In this document: positions 9,418 to 19,319 of the stretch, piece after piece
Position numbering within the stretch: position 1 is the stretch's first letter
How the letters are laid out: each line of letters starts with the position of its first letter
Position numbers and translations under genes: made by a program
NCBI GenBank assembly: GCA_963729625.1
Contig: CAVSOU010000010.1
Span: 1,184,001 to 1,248,000 of the forward strand
DNA: 64,000 nt
DNA from: an uncultured bacterium
GTDB lineage: Bacteria > Chloroflexota > UBA5177 > JANWHV01
Reading direction: 5' to 3'
Notes under the pieces: model-generated
What the model saw: the letters and a program-made list of their open reading frames with translations, nothing else
Databases searched by the model: none
What the model was told of the DNA's origin: nothing

Positions 9418-10611
9418 ATGAAAATCACCGAGATCGAGACGTTGCGGTCAGCCGAGTATCCAAACTTGATCTGGGTGCAGCTTCATACGTCGGAGGGACT
9501 GGTCGGGCTCGGCGAGACATTCTACATCCCCGGGGCCGTTGAAGCCGTGATCCACGACTTTGCCGCACCGCTTCTGTTGGGTCAGTCGGCGTTTGACCGC
9601 GAGCGGCACTGGCAGAACCTGTTCTCCTATGCCAATTTCTTCGGTTTCGCCGGTGCTGAAATGCGAGCCATCTCCGCATTGGATATCGCGTTGTGGGACG
9701 TGATCGGTCAGTACCTCGGTCAGCCGATTGCTAACCTCCTGGGAGGGCGTTGCCGCGAGTCGATACGCGTCTACAATACCTGCGTCAACACGCCACTCTA
9801 TGCCGACCAGGACGGCTTCGTCGAGCGACCAGGCGAGCTTGCCGAATCGCTCCTTGCCCAGGGCATCACCCAGATGAAAGTGTGGCCGTTCGACCGTTTT
9901 GCTCCCCAGATCTCCATCGCAAGTGTCACCGGGCCGGCCGGCTGGTCCGCCGTCGGCCCATGCGGTCACTCGATCACTCCGGCCGACCTGCAACAAGGTC
10001 TGTGGACCGTCCAGGAGATCCGCAAAGCCGCCGGGAGCAGCATGGAGATCGCCATTGAAGGCCATTCCCGTTGGGATCTCAACACGGCACTCCGCATCGC
10101 ACGAGCACTGGAACCGTACGACGTCGTCTGGATGGAAGACATAATCCAGCCGGACTGCGTGGATGATCTGGCCAGGTTGGTGTCGGAGACGCGCGTGCCG
10201 CAGTGCGTCAGCGAGCGGCTGTTCACCAAGTACGCCTTCCGCGAGGTACTCGACCGGCGCGCGGCACACATCGTGATGCCGGACATCATCTGGACCGGCG
10301 GGATTACCGAAGCGTGCAAGATCGCTGCCATTGCCGATGCTCATCACCTGGCGATCGCGCCGCATGATTGCACCGGCCCGGTGAATCTGTTCGCCTGCCT
10401 GCATCTGTGCGCCGCCGTACCCAACGTTATGGTCATGGAGACGGTGCGCGGCTTCTGCGAAGGATACTACCGTGACGTCGTGACGAAGCCTGTAACCATT
10501 CGCGATGGTTCGGCCTACGTGGACGACACGGCCGGACTGGGAGTAGCACTGCGACCTGAGCTGCTGGCTCGCGCCGACATGCAGCGACGAATCTCGACGG
10601 CCCAGCACTGA
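9418..10611 (+). CDS. mandelate racemase/MLE family enzyme
   Basis: GLGET, MKVWPF, IEGHS, WMED, SERL and PHDCTGP motifs; AAGGAG RBS. Confidence 0.9.
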   Translation: MKITEIETLRSAEYPNLIWVQLHTSEGLVGLGETFYIPGAVEAVIHDFAAPLLLGQSAFDRERHWQNLFSYANFFGFAGAEMRAISALDIALWDVIGQYLGQPIANLLGGRCRESIRVYNTCVNTPLYADQDGFVERPGELAESLLAQGITQMKVWPFDRFAPQISIASVTGPAGWSAVGPCGHSITPADLQQGLWTVQEIRKAAGSSMEIAIEGHSRWDLNTALRIARALEPYDVVWMEDIIQPDCVDDLARLVSETRVPQCVSERLFTKYAFREVLDRRAAHIVMPDIIWTGGITEACKIAAIADAHHLAIAPHDCTGPVNLFACLHLCAAVPNVMVMETVRGFCEGYYRDVVTKPVTIRDGSAYVDDTAGLGVALRPELLARADMQRRISTAQH

Positions 10612-10702
10612 AGGTCGTCGGTCGAAGCGATCTCCGGCAGCGCCGGCCTGGCATTGGCGCTTGCATGGCTTCCACTCCTCCTGCAGGAGTAAAGGTCGCG
10701 TC

Positions 10703-12034
10703 TCAGGTGAGCCCTCGCAGCGTCTTGCCGTCGAGAAACCCGAAGGCGTATGCACCGGCATAGCCGACCATATCCGCGCACTCCTCCTCGATACGGAGCA
10801 GGCGGTTGTACTTGGCCAGTCTCTCCGAGCGTGCTACAGACCCAACTTTGATCTGGCCGGAACGTGTTCCCACGGCAAGGTCCGCAAGCCAATCGTCCTC
10901 CGTCTCCCCGGAACGGCCGGAAACAACTGTCGCGTAACCGGCTTCGCGAGCCATGCGGAGAGTATCCAAGGCGCCGGACAACGTGCCTGCCTGGTTGACC
11001 TTGACCAATACGGCGTTTGCAACACCGTCTGAAATACCCTTGCGCACCCGCGACGCATCGGTCGCGAAAAGATCATCTCCGATCAGCTGCACGCGAGCGC
11101 CCAATCTGCTGGTCAGCACCTGCCAACCTTCCCAGTCATCTTCGCCGAGCCCGTCCTCGATGGAGATCAGCGGGTAGCGGTCCACCCATTGCTCCACCCG
11201 CGCAATCATCTCCGCGCTTGTGAGCCGCGGCTGCGGCGAGCCCTCGTGCCGGAGGTCATAGGTGAGCCCGCGGCAGAACTGCGTCGCGGCGACGTCGAGG
11301 GCCACGGCAACGTCGATTCCGGGTCGCAGCCCGGCTCGCTCGATGGCCCGAACGACTGCCGCCAGCGCGTCTTCATTCGTGGGCAGCGCAGGGCCAAATC
11401 CTCCCTCATCGCCGACCAGCGGTGTGTGTCCCATCTCGATCAAGAGCGATCGAAGCGCCCAATACACGCTTACGACCGCTTCAAGCGCAGCCGAGTAGGT
11501 GTTGGCGCCAACAGGCATGGCCAGAACGTCCTGGATGTCGAGGTTCCCCCCGGCATGGGCTCCGCCCGAGATCAGATTTACCATCGGGAGCGGCAGTATC
11601 GGTTGCACGCCGCAAAGCTGAGCGATGTACCGGTAGAGCGGCACGCCGGTTGCCTCGGCCGCGGCACGCGCAGCGGCCAGCGAGATCGCGAGCGCGGCGT
11701 TGGCTCCGAGCCGAGCAAATCTTTCGCTGCCGTCCGCGAGAGTGAGGGCGTCGTCGAGCCCGGCCTGATCGCGCGCGTCGCGCCCGAGCACCGCTGGTCC
11801 AAACATGTCGCACGCGTTGCGTACTGCGCGATAGACACCGCGCCCCGCCCACCCGCGCTCGCCGTGGTCACGAAGCTCATGGGCTTCGTGCGATCCGGTG
11901 GACGCGCCTGACGGCACGCTGGCCCGCCCCATGATGCCGGAGACGAGAGTGACATCTGCCTCAACCGTCGGCGCGGCGCGCGAGTCCAGAACCTGGCGGG
12001 CCGCGACTGCGGCAATAGCGTGGCTGTTCTTCAC
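10703..12034 (-). CDS. eno: enolase paralogue (phosphopyruvate hydratase-like, altered active site)
   Basis: VPSGASTG, GDEGGF, SIEDG, GDDL, KVNQ, RSGETED, QIK and RSERLAKYN retained; DIQE->DIQD and SHRS->SGRS. Confidence 0.85.
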   Translation of the reverse strand: MKNSHAIAAVAARQVLDSRAAPTVEADVTLVSGIMGRASVPSGASTGSHEAHELRDHGERGWAGRGVYRAVRNACDMFGPAVLGRDARDQAGLDDALTLADGSERFARLGANAALAISLAAARAAAEATGVPLYRYIAQLCGVQPILPLPMVNLISGGAHAGGNLDIQDVLAMPVGANTYSAALEAVVSVYWALRSLLIEMGHTPLVGDEGGFGPALPTNEDALAAVVRAIERAGLRPGIDVAVALDVAATQFCRGLTYDLRHEGSPQPRLTSAEMIARVEQWVDRYPLISIEDGLGEDDWEGWQVLTSRLGARVQLIGDDLFATDASRVRKGISDGVANAVLVKVNQAGTLSGALDTLRMAREAGYATVVSGRSGETEDDWLADLAVGTRSGQIKVGSVARSERLAKYNRLLRIEEECADMVGYAGAYAFGFLDGKTLRGLT

Positions 12035-13095
12035 CTTTCCTCCACCCTGCCAAACAGCTCGTCGACTCCAGTGACCGTGCCGCGCAGCAGGGCGGCCCCC
12101 AGGACTCGTGCCGTGGCAAGACCGGCGGCATCCAAGTACTCGACTCGGGACTTCCCGTCGGCTCGGGCTCGTATGAGACAGCCGGCCTGCCGCAGGGCGC
12201 CATCAGTGGCCTCGCTCAATCCGCGCCTCTCGACGGCAGCTGCGTAGCCCTCGAGAAAGGCATGAGCTGCATCGGCCAGCGACGCGGCCGCGGCCGGGCG
12301 GTGGATCGCCTTCAAGGCGAGATGCGTGAGCAGGAACGCGGTGTCGAAATCCGGATTGCCCCAGTGCACCACCTCAAAATCGATGGCCATTACACCTCCC
12401 GCGGTCACGAGCAGATTCTTGGGACTGTAGTCGCCGTGAACGAGCGTAGAGCGCCGGCCGGTCATCGCATTGGCGCCCTCGCGCAGCAAGCGCGCCACGT
12501 CGTGCTCGCCTCGTTCGTCGGCCACATCGGCGGCCCGCCCGTGATAGGGGTCGAGACGCAGCTGCCGGAACAGATCAAGGTTGCGGAATTGCGACGCGAT
12601 CTCCATGTCGTCCCAGGCGGCCCGATGCATCCGTCCGAGCAACGTTCCGACTTCGCGAGCAACATTCGGATCGACATCGCCTCTGAGCAGCGCGTCTTTC
12701 CATGGCGTGGCCGCAGCCGGCGCGCACGCCATCCCCACCAGAGAGGCTGACTCATCGACGAAGAGCACACGCGGAACACTGCCGTGAGGTAATCGTGCAC
12801 CAAGTGCGGCCATCGCGCGGCCTTCGAGCACGGCACGCGTTGGATCTGCCAGCCACAGCTCAGGCACCCGCAGCCGGGCGAGAGCGCCTTTCACCACGAC
12901 GCCGCCATTGCACTCGAAAAGGACGACCCAGTTGGAAATCCCCCCTGACAGCAGTCGCCATGGCGGCAATGAGCCACCATTGACGTAGCCGAGCCGGCGA
13001 AGGTGCGTCAGCGCGGCCGCGAAGAAATGCTGTGGCGGCTCGGATTGATTCGCGTCTGCCAGGTCCGGGAGCGTAGAATCATGCTCGTCGCTCAC
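12031..13095 (-). CDS. APH / methylthioribose-kinase-like phosphotransferase
   Basis: LSGGISN, VVKGA, QLRLDPY, HGDYSPKN, IDFE and DGKS motifs; GTGA overlap with the enolase. Confidence 0.85.
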   Translation of the reverse strand: MSDEHDSTLPDLADANQSEPPQHFFAAALTHLRRLGYVNGGSLPPWRLLSGGISNWVVLFECNGGVVVKGALARLRVPELWLADPTRAVLEGRAMAALGARLPHGSVPRVLFVDESASLVGMACAPAAATPWKDALLRGDVDPNVAREVGTLLGRMHRAAWDDMEIASQFRNLDLFRQLRLDPYHGRAADVADERGEHDVARLLREGANAMTGRRSTLVHGDYSPKNLLVTAGGVMAIDFEVVHWGNPDFDTAFLLTHLALKAIHRPAAAASLADAAHAFLEGYAAAVERRGLSEATDGALRQAGCLIRARADGKSRVEYLDAAGLATARVLGAALLRGTVTGVDELFGRVEER

Positions 13096-13205
13096 AGAGA
13101 TTCTCCGTCCTCGCGCCTCGGAAGTGGCCGGTCAGTCATCTCATGGATTGTAACGTAGGAGCTCATTTGCGCGAGCCTGGCATTGTCAGATACAGTGTGC
13201 TGCGG

Positions 13206-14177
13206 ATGTCCGCTACATTGCCGGATGGACGTGTCGGTTTGATACTGTCGACTGCCGAGACACTTGGTGCTCTGCCCCCTTCGCTCAAGGCTGTGGCAGA
13301 GCGGCAGCTGGTGGCGTCTGAACCTGTGCTCGGTGCAGTATACCTCGTGAGCTTCAGAGATCCGCCAGCCGTTCTCTCGCGAAGCAGGAGCGGCGGCAGG
13401 CTGCCGAGAGTGCCGGGACGGGCGCTGATTGTCACCCAGGCACGCGTGCTCGTACTTGACGACCCTGCGGATCGTGCAAGCACCAGCGCCGCGCACCAGT
13501 TCGTCACCGCTGCGTGCCCGCTCGACGCGATTATCGGCATTGAGCTTCGCTCGCATCTATTGGATTGCGCTTTCACGCTGGTGCTGGCGGCACCCGATGG
13601 AGCGCGCCGCGTGACGATCGGGTATAACGGCGTGAGCGAGCCCGACGTTGTTGGCGCCGTGCACCTGATTCGTAGGGCGATGGATCTCCCAGAAAGATCG
13701 GCCTCGGCCGATTCCCACGAACCTGTATCCGCCGAGCAAGGTGACGCATCGCGGCGCGCATTACACGGGCTGAGCCTCCGGCAACGCAACTACGTGCGGA
13801 AATATGTGCCCTCGCCCGAGCAACTGCGCAGTTTGCTGGCAATTCCTGCACTACCGCGTGGCCGATCTTGGCGCCGCTTCAGTTTGCTGGCACACGAGCA
13901 GCCCGCCGCGCTGCTAGCAAGAACGGATCGGCAGGTCTTGCTGGTCGAGAACGCGCCACGGGTGCTCCGCCGGGCGGCTTCCAACGGGTGTGACGCGTGG
14001 TTCATGCCGGTGCGTTCACTTTCTTGGGCGGAGCTCCGGCAGGGTCAGTCAGAATCCACGCTGGCCTTTGGCCTTGGAGGAGCGAAAGCATGTTATACCG
14101 TGGAAGTTGCCGTGCCCGCGAGCCTCTCGCAACAGGCGGCGACATTTTCCCGGACGATTCACTCGAACGTGCGCTGA
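13206..14177 (+). CDS. hypothetical protein, possibly tandem PH-like domains
   Basis: Long ORF directly before glcF with two similar blocks (ALIVTQARVLVL and LLARTDRQVLLV); start at 13143 or 13206. Confidence 0.55.
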   Translation: MSATLPDGRVGLILSTAETLGALPPSLKAVAERQLVASEPVLGAVYLVSFRDPPAVLSRSRSGGRLPRVPGRALIVTQARVLVLDDPADRASTSAAHQFVTAACPLDAIIGIELRSHLLDCAFTLVLAAPDGARRVTIGYNGVSEPDVVGAVHLIRRAMDLPERSASADSHEPVSAEQGDASRRALHGLSLRQRNYVRKYVPSPEQLRSLLAIPALPRGRSWRRFSLLAHEQPAALLARTDRQVLLVENAPRVLRRAASNGCDAWFMPVRSLSWAELRQGQSESTLAFGLGGAKACYTVEVAVPASLSQQAATFSRTIHSNVR

Positions 14178-14192
14178 TCCAGAGGTGTATCC

Positions 14193-15563
14193 GTGCATGA
14201 CCAAGAGACGGATGTGCCGTCACTCCGGAAAAGCCCGGTAACGAACCGGCAGCTGGGGCTGCTCGACCTACCGAGCGTCAGCGCCCTCGAAGCCTGCATT
14301 CGCTGCGGCCAGTGCCTGTCTGTCTGCCCGACGTACAGACCTACCCGGGTGGAGGCCAAGTCGCCGCGGGGTCGCATCGCGCTTGTAAAGAACATGGTCG
14401 AGGGGCAGCTTGACCTGCGCAGTGCCGCCTTGTCGCAGCACATGGATCTCTGTCTCCAGTGCATGGCGTGCCACACATCCTGTCCAACGGGCATCAGTGC
14501 CGGCGAGGTGGTCGCCCAGTCCAAATCATACATGCGTGCGGCCGCGCGCCCCGGCAGAGTAGAGCGGATGGTCAAGACGCTGATCTACAAGCAGCTGTTG
14601 CCGCACCATCGGCGGATGGAGCTCGCATCGTTGCCGATCCGCATCTATAACCGCAGCGGACTACAGCGAATGACCCGTCGGCTGGGTCTGAACCGCTGGC
14701 TGCCTGGACCCCTGCGCCGCATGGAAGAGCTGCTTCCCGCCCGCATCGCGCGGCCGCTTCGGCCACGTCTCGCCGACCGGATACCCGCTGTGGGCGCCGA
14801 GCGCGCCGAGGTGGCGTTTCACCTGACTTGCGTGAATAACGTGCTGCTGCCCGAGGCCTCCGCGGCATCCGTCCGGGTGCTGGCCTTCAACGGCTGCACG
14901 GTCCTGCGCGCGCCGGGGGCCGGCTGCTGCGGTGCCCCGCATGAGACCAAGGGCGAGATGGAGATCGCGCGCGACCTCGCCCGGCGGAACATCGCTGCCT
15001 ATGAGGCGCTGGGAGACTGCGTGGTGATCTGCGATGCCGCTGCCTGCGGCGCCACGTTGAAGCACTATGGGCACTGGTTGCGCAACGACCCCGTCTGGGC
15101 CGAACGCGCGCGCCGTTTCAGCGCCCGCGTGCGCGACATCCACGAGTACCTCGTCGAACTCGGCCTGGTCCAGCCGTCAGGTGAGCTGCGCCGGAGGGTG
15201 ACCTATGCGGATCCGTGTCACCTGTGCCATGCCCAGGGCATCGGCAAGGAGCCTCGGGAGCTGCTACGGGCTATCCCTGGCATTACCTATGTGGAGCTCA
15301 AGGAAGCGACGTGGTGCTGCGGCAGCGCAGGCACGTACAACATCGAACAGCCGGAGATGGCCGACACAACCCTGGAGGCCAAGATGACGCACATTCGCCA
15401 GACCGGAGCAGCGGTGGTAGCTTCGGCGAACCCCGGCTGCTTGCTGCAGCTGGAAGCCGGCGCGCGTCGCTACGGCGTGCCGGTTCGAGTGCAGCAGCTG
15501 ACGCAGCTCCTGGACGAGAGTTACCGCAAGGGCAGACAGAAGCCGAGACGGGAGGGCAACTGA
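14193..15563 (+). CDS. glcF: GlcF-like Fe-S oxidoreductase (2x 4Fe-4S plus CCG domains)
   Basis: CIRCGQCLSVCP, CLQCMACHTSCP, CCGA, DPCHL, CCGSAG and NPGC motifs. Confidence 0.85.
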   Translation: MHDQETDVPSLRKSPVTNRQLGLLDLPSVSALEACIRCGQCLSVCPTYRPTRVEAKSPRGRIALVKNMVEGQLDLRSAALSQHMDLCLQCMACHTSCPTGISAGEVVAQSKSYMRAAARPGRVERMVKTLIYKQLLPHHRRMELASLPIRIYNRSGLQRMTRRLGLNRWLPGPLRRMEELLPARIARPLRPRLADRIPAVGAERAEVAFHLTCVNNVLLPEASAASVRVLAFNGCTVLRAPGAGCCGAPHETKGEMEIARDLARRNIAAYEALGDCVVICDAAACGATLKHYGHWLRNDPVWAERARRFSARVRDIHEYLVELGLVQPSGELRRRVTYADPCHLCHAQGIGKEPRELLRAIPGITYVELKEATWCCGSAGTYNIEQPEMADTTLEAKMTHIRQTGAAVVASANPGCLLQLEAGARRYGVPVRVQQLTQLLDESYRKGRQKPRREGN

Positions 15564-15564
15564 A

Positions 15565-17016
15565 ATGAACGCTGACGGGCAGACCGTGATCGACATCGTG
15601 CACGGCACGCCGCTCACCGGCGCCAGCTTCAATGCGATCTCGGATCGAGGGGTCTCGCAGCTCAAGCACCTGCTCGGCGCGGAGCGCGTGCTCACTCTGC
15701 CTGAGGACCTTCAGTCGTATGCGTACGACGGCACCTTCCTCGAGCACCGCCCGGACGTAGTCGTGCTGCCGCGAACGACCGCTGAAGTGCAGGCAGTGCT
15801 CAGGCTTGCCAGTGCCGAGCGAGTGCCGCTTGTGACACGAGGCGCCGGCACGGGCCTCGCAGGGGGCTCCGTGCCTATAGCCGGGGGTATCGTGCTCGCG
15901 CTGGCGCAGATGAATCGGGTGCTCGAGCTCGACGATGTGAACATGCTCGTGCGCGTGCAACCTGGAGTGGTGACCGCCGACTTGCAGGCACTGGTGCTCG
16001 AGCACGGCCTGTATTACCCACCCGACCCTGCCAGCCAAAAGCAGTGCACGATCGGCGGCAACGTCGCCATGTGCGCGGGCGGTCCCCACGGACTCAAGTA
16101 TGGCGTGACCAAGGACTATGTGCTCGGCCTCGAGGCCGTGACCTCGGACGGCTCCGTGCTGCGCACTGGCGGCAAGATGATCAAGAATGTGACGGGCTTC
16201 AACCTGACACAACTCCTCGTAGGCTCGGAAGGCACGCTCGCGGTGATTACCGAGATCATCCTCCGCCTCGTGCCCAAGCCTCGCTCGGCGCGCACGGCCA
16301 TGGCGGTGTTCGACGACATCGACGTGGCAAGCCGAATGATCACCGCCATACTCAACGCCGGGATCGTGCCCGCCACGATAGAGATCATGGATCAGGATTC
16401 GATTCGTGTCGTCGAAGAGTGGCTCCACGCCGGCTTGCCCGTCGACGCTGAAGCAATCCTGCTCATCGAGGCGGACGGAGATCCCGCGGCGGTCGACAAT
16501 GAGCTGCGTGACGTCGAACGGCTGTGCCTGGAGGCCGGCGCCCGCGAGGTTCGTGTGGCGAAGAATGCAGCGGAGAGCGAGACGCTGTGGACGGGACGCC
16601 GCGCCGTGTCCGCCTCAATGGCCCGAGCGCGTCCAACAAAGCTGGGCGAGGATATCAGCGTGCCGCGCAGCGCGATCCCGGAGATGCTGCAAGCCATTCG
16701 TGCCATCGCCGTGAAGTATCACCTGCTGATCCCCGTCTTCGGGCACATCAGCGACGGCAACCTGCACCCCGAAGTCCTGTTCGATCGCCACGACGAAGAA
16801 GAGGTGACGCGCGTGAATCAGGCGGCAGGCGAGATTTTCGATGCCGCGATTCGCCTCGGCGGCACGCTAACCGGGGAGCACGGCATCGGCGCCCTGAAAA
16901 AGGAGTTCATGGGCAGAGCGCTGGACCCAGTCGAGCTGGAGCTGATGCGAAGAGTGAAGAGCGTCTTCGACCCCCAGGGGATTCTCAACCCAGGCAAGGT
17001 GTTTGGCGCTAGATAG
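15565..17016 (+). CDS. glcD: GlcD-like FAD-linked 2-hydroxyacid oxidase subunit
   Basis: RGAGTGLAGG, PPDPAS, GSEGTL, GHISDGNLH, GEHGIG and LNPGK motifs. Confidence 0.88.
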   Translation: MNADGQTVIDIVHGTPLTGASFNAISDRGVSQLKHLLGAERVLTLPEDLQSYAYDGTFLEHRPDVVVLPRTTAEVQAVLRLASAERVPLVTRGAGTGLAGGSVPIAGGIVLALAQMNRVLELDDVNMLVRVQPGVVTADLQALVLEHGLYYPPDPASQKQCTIGGNVAMCAGGPHGLKYGVTKDYVLGLEAVTSDGSVLRTGGKMIKNVTGFNLTQLLVGSEGTLAVITEIILRLVPKPRSARTAMAVFDDIDVASRMITAILNAGIVPATIEIMDQDSIRVVEEWLHAGLPVDAEAILLIEADGDPAAVDNELRDVERLCLEAGAREVRVAKNAAESETLWTGRRAVSASMARARPTKLGEDISVPRSAIPEMLQAIRAIAVKYHLLIPVFGHISDGNLHPEVLFDRHDEEEVTRVNQAAGEIFDAAIRLGGTLTGEHGIGALKKEFMGRALDPVELELMRRVKSVFDPQGILNPGKVFGAR

Positions 17017-17112
17017 TCGCGCCCGCTCATTGTCCGCCGCCGAACGCGTGCGTTTTACACTTGAATGCTCAACAAATGTAATGAAGTGGTCGGCACGAAA
17101 GGACACGGAAGC

Positions 17113-17973
17113 ATGGCCTCTACAACCAGGATACGCTTCGGCATCAAGACCGCGCCTCAACACACGACCTATGAGGATATCCTGCGGGTCTGGAAGGAGG
17201 CCGACGAGCAGCCTCTGCTCGAGCATGCATGGCTCTTCGACCATTTCATGCCGATCTTCAGCGATCCGACGGGCCCCTGCCTGGAGGGCTGGACGCTCGT
17301 CTCGGCGCTTGCCGCCTCGACGCAGCGCCTGCGTGTAGGCCTCATGGTAACTGGGAACACGTACCGGCATCCGGCCGTGCTGGCCAACATGGCGGCTACG
17401 GTCGATGTGATTTCGCACGGGCGGCTGGACTTCGGCCTTGGCGCCGGTTGGAACGAGCTCGAGCATCACGCCTATGGCATTCCACTTTACCCGGTGGGCG
17501 AGAGGATCCGCCGTCTTGGCGAGGCCTGCGAGGTCATTCGACGCATGTGGACTGAGCATGCCGCGTCATTCGAGGGCAAGTACTACCAAATCAGCGAGGC
17601 GTACTGCGAGCCGAAGCCGGTGCAGAAGCCGTACCCTCCGATCGTGATCGGCGGCAGTGGTGAGCGGCTGACGCTCCGCGTCGCGGCCCGATACGCGGAC
17701 ATCTGGAACTATGTCACGGGACCGGTCGAGGAATTCACGCGAAAGAGCGCCGTGCTTGACCAGCACTGCGACGCGGTCGGCCGCGACCCGGCGGTAATAC
17801 AGCGCTCGGTCCAACTGGCCATGGATCCTGGTGACTGGCCGGCCAGCCGGACGCTGGTGCGCAACTTCATCGCCGCGGGAGCGACACACGTGATCCTGAA
17901 TCTGCGTCCGCCCTATCCCGAGCGCATCGCGCGCAGCCTGGTGACGGAGGTTGTCGAACCGCTGTCGTCATAG
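17113..17973 (+). CDS. LLM class, probably F420-dependent, oxidoreductase
   Basis: WLFDHF, EGWT, YRHPAVLANMA, GLGAGW and PKPVQ.P.PPIVIGGSGE motifs. Confidence 0.88.
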   Translation: MASTTRIRFGIKTAPQHTTYEDILRVWKEADEQPLLEHAWLFDHFMPIFSDPTGPCLEGWTLVSALAASTQRLRVGLMVTGNTYRHPAVLANMAATVDVISHGRLDFGLGAGWNELEHHAYGIPLYPVGERIRRLGEACEVIRRMWTEHAASFEGKYYQISEAYCEPKPVQKPYPPIVIGGSGERLTLRVAARYADIWNYVTGPVEEFTRKSAVLDQHCDAVGRDPAVIQRSVQLAMDPGDWPASRTLVRNFIAAGATHVILNLRPPYPERIARSLVTEVVEPLSS

Positions 17974-17988
17974 CAGCCTGCGATTATG

Positions 17989-19101
17989 TCATGACTCGCC
18001 GCCCGGCCCCAGTGCAGCTTGCACCATCTCTCGATACTGCGGTAGAGCCGCGGCCACGCCGCGTAGCAGCCCGAAGCAGCCGCAGAGCATCATGTCGCCG
18101 TGGGGCACGGCCAGATACGGCCGCAGCGGCGATCCGGCCAGCAGCCTGCGGCGAGGCCCCGTCACGGCCAGAAGGTCGGGGACGGTGCGCGGCGGCGCGA
18201 GCGATAGGGCGCCGTGGCCGCGGTCGTCGAAGATCGTCTCTCCCTGGAGCGAGCCATCCGCCAGCGCCTGCACATAGCGCTCCAGCTTCGGGCGATCGAT
18301 TTCCCCGGTGTGGTGTTCGAAGAGGGCACGAATGCGCCCATCTTCCAGGTGGAACGCCAGGGTGTGGAAATTGCCGACATTTACCAGCAGCGTGCTGGAA
18401 GAGTCACGCACCCGGGGATCCTCCAACGCGCCGAGCACCGCGGCTGCACCGGTGTCCATCACGACTACCGGTACGTCGCCAGGCACGTCCGCGGTCAGCG
18501 CCACGAGACGCGTGAGCGAGGCAGGCAGGCGATCCGGCGTATAGGCGAACGAACGCAGATCGTCTCCGCGGCCAAGAGTTCCGCGAAGGAAATCGAAACG
18601 AAAACGCCGGTCGCTGTACCCAGGCGGGGCAGCGCCGTGGTCGAAAGCGGCGAGCGCATAGACGTCGAAGCGGGCGGACACGCCAAAGGCAGACAACGCC
18701 GTCGCAATAGCCCCGGGCATGAAGTCACCGAGTCTCACCCTGCAGGTGCCGGACATCCGATCCGCGTCCTCGTCAGCTACGACCTGCACGCCCATGCGAG
18801 CCACCGCCTCAAGATCGTCATCGAGCGTGCGCGCCGCGTCCGGTGTGGCGAAGACCGGTAACCCGGCCCGCAGGTGGGCATCCACGGCCCACGCGCACGG
18901 GCCACCGCCCATGGTCGCGCCCGTGAGCAATAGCGCCTCGCCGCGGGCAGTGGCAGCCTCAATGAGGCGGGCGACCAGCACGGTCGGCGACGGCATGACC
19001 AGCTTGATGGCGTTCTCAATCTCCTGGCCGGCCTCCAGAATCAGGATGTCCTGCGTGCCTGTTCCGATGTCTATTGCCAGGATCCGCGTCGGATCGCCCA
19101 C
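17989..19101 (-). CDS. DUF1786 family protein (ASKHA-like fold)
   Basis: IDIGTGTQD, MGGGP, DHG, SDR..RF, NVGNFHT, FEHHT and GDMMLCGCFGL motifs. Confidence 0.8.
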   Translation of the reverse strand: MGDPTRILAIDIGTGTQDILILEAGQEIENAIKLVMPSPTVLVARLIEAATARGEALLLTGATMGGGPCAWAVDAHLRAGLPVFATPDAARTLDDDLEAVARMGVQVVADEDADRMSGTCRVRLGDFMPGAIATALSAFGVSARFDVYALAAFDHGAAPPGYSDRRFRFDFLRGTLGRGDDLRSFAYTPDRLPASLTRLVALTADVPGDVPVVVMDTGAAAVLGALEDPRVRDSSSTLLVNVGNFHTLAFHLEDGRIRALFEHHTGEIDRPKLERYVQALADGSLQGETIFDDRGHGALSLAPPRTVPDLLAVTGPRRRLLAGSPLRPYLAVPHGDMMLCGCFGLLRGVAAALPQYREMVQAALGPGGES

Positions 19102-19319
19102 GTGTCTGCTCCTTGCATCCAGTGTAGCGGGTGCGTGCTGACGGACATGCCCGTGCAGTGCCGGGCACGTGTCGGCAACAAGTGGTCGACGATGTCCAGC
19201 CGACCGCTGTCAACAGTCGCTCGTGCCGGCCGGTCGTGTTGGTTGCGGGCGGCGGACAACCTGGCCGTGGCTTTCCCGCCCGAACGCTTGCGCCACAGCT
19301 TGGCGATGCGGGTCTTGCG

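Noticed and set aside
10703-12034. Ordinary housekeeping glycolytic enolase
   Set aside because: It has substitutions at near-invariant residues, is coupled to a kinase and has no glycolytic neighbours.
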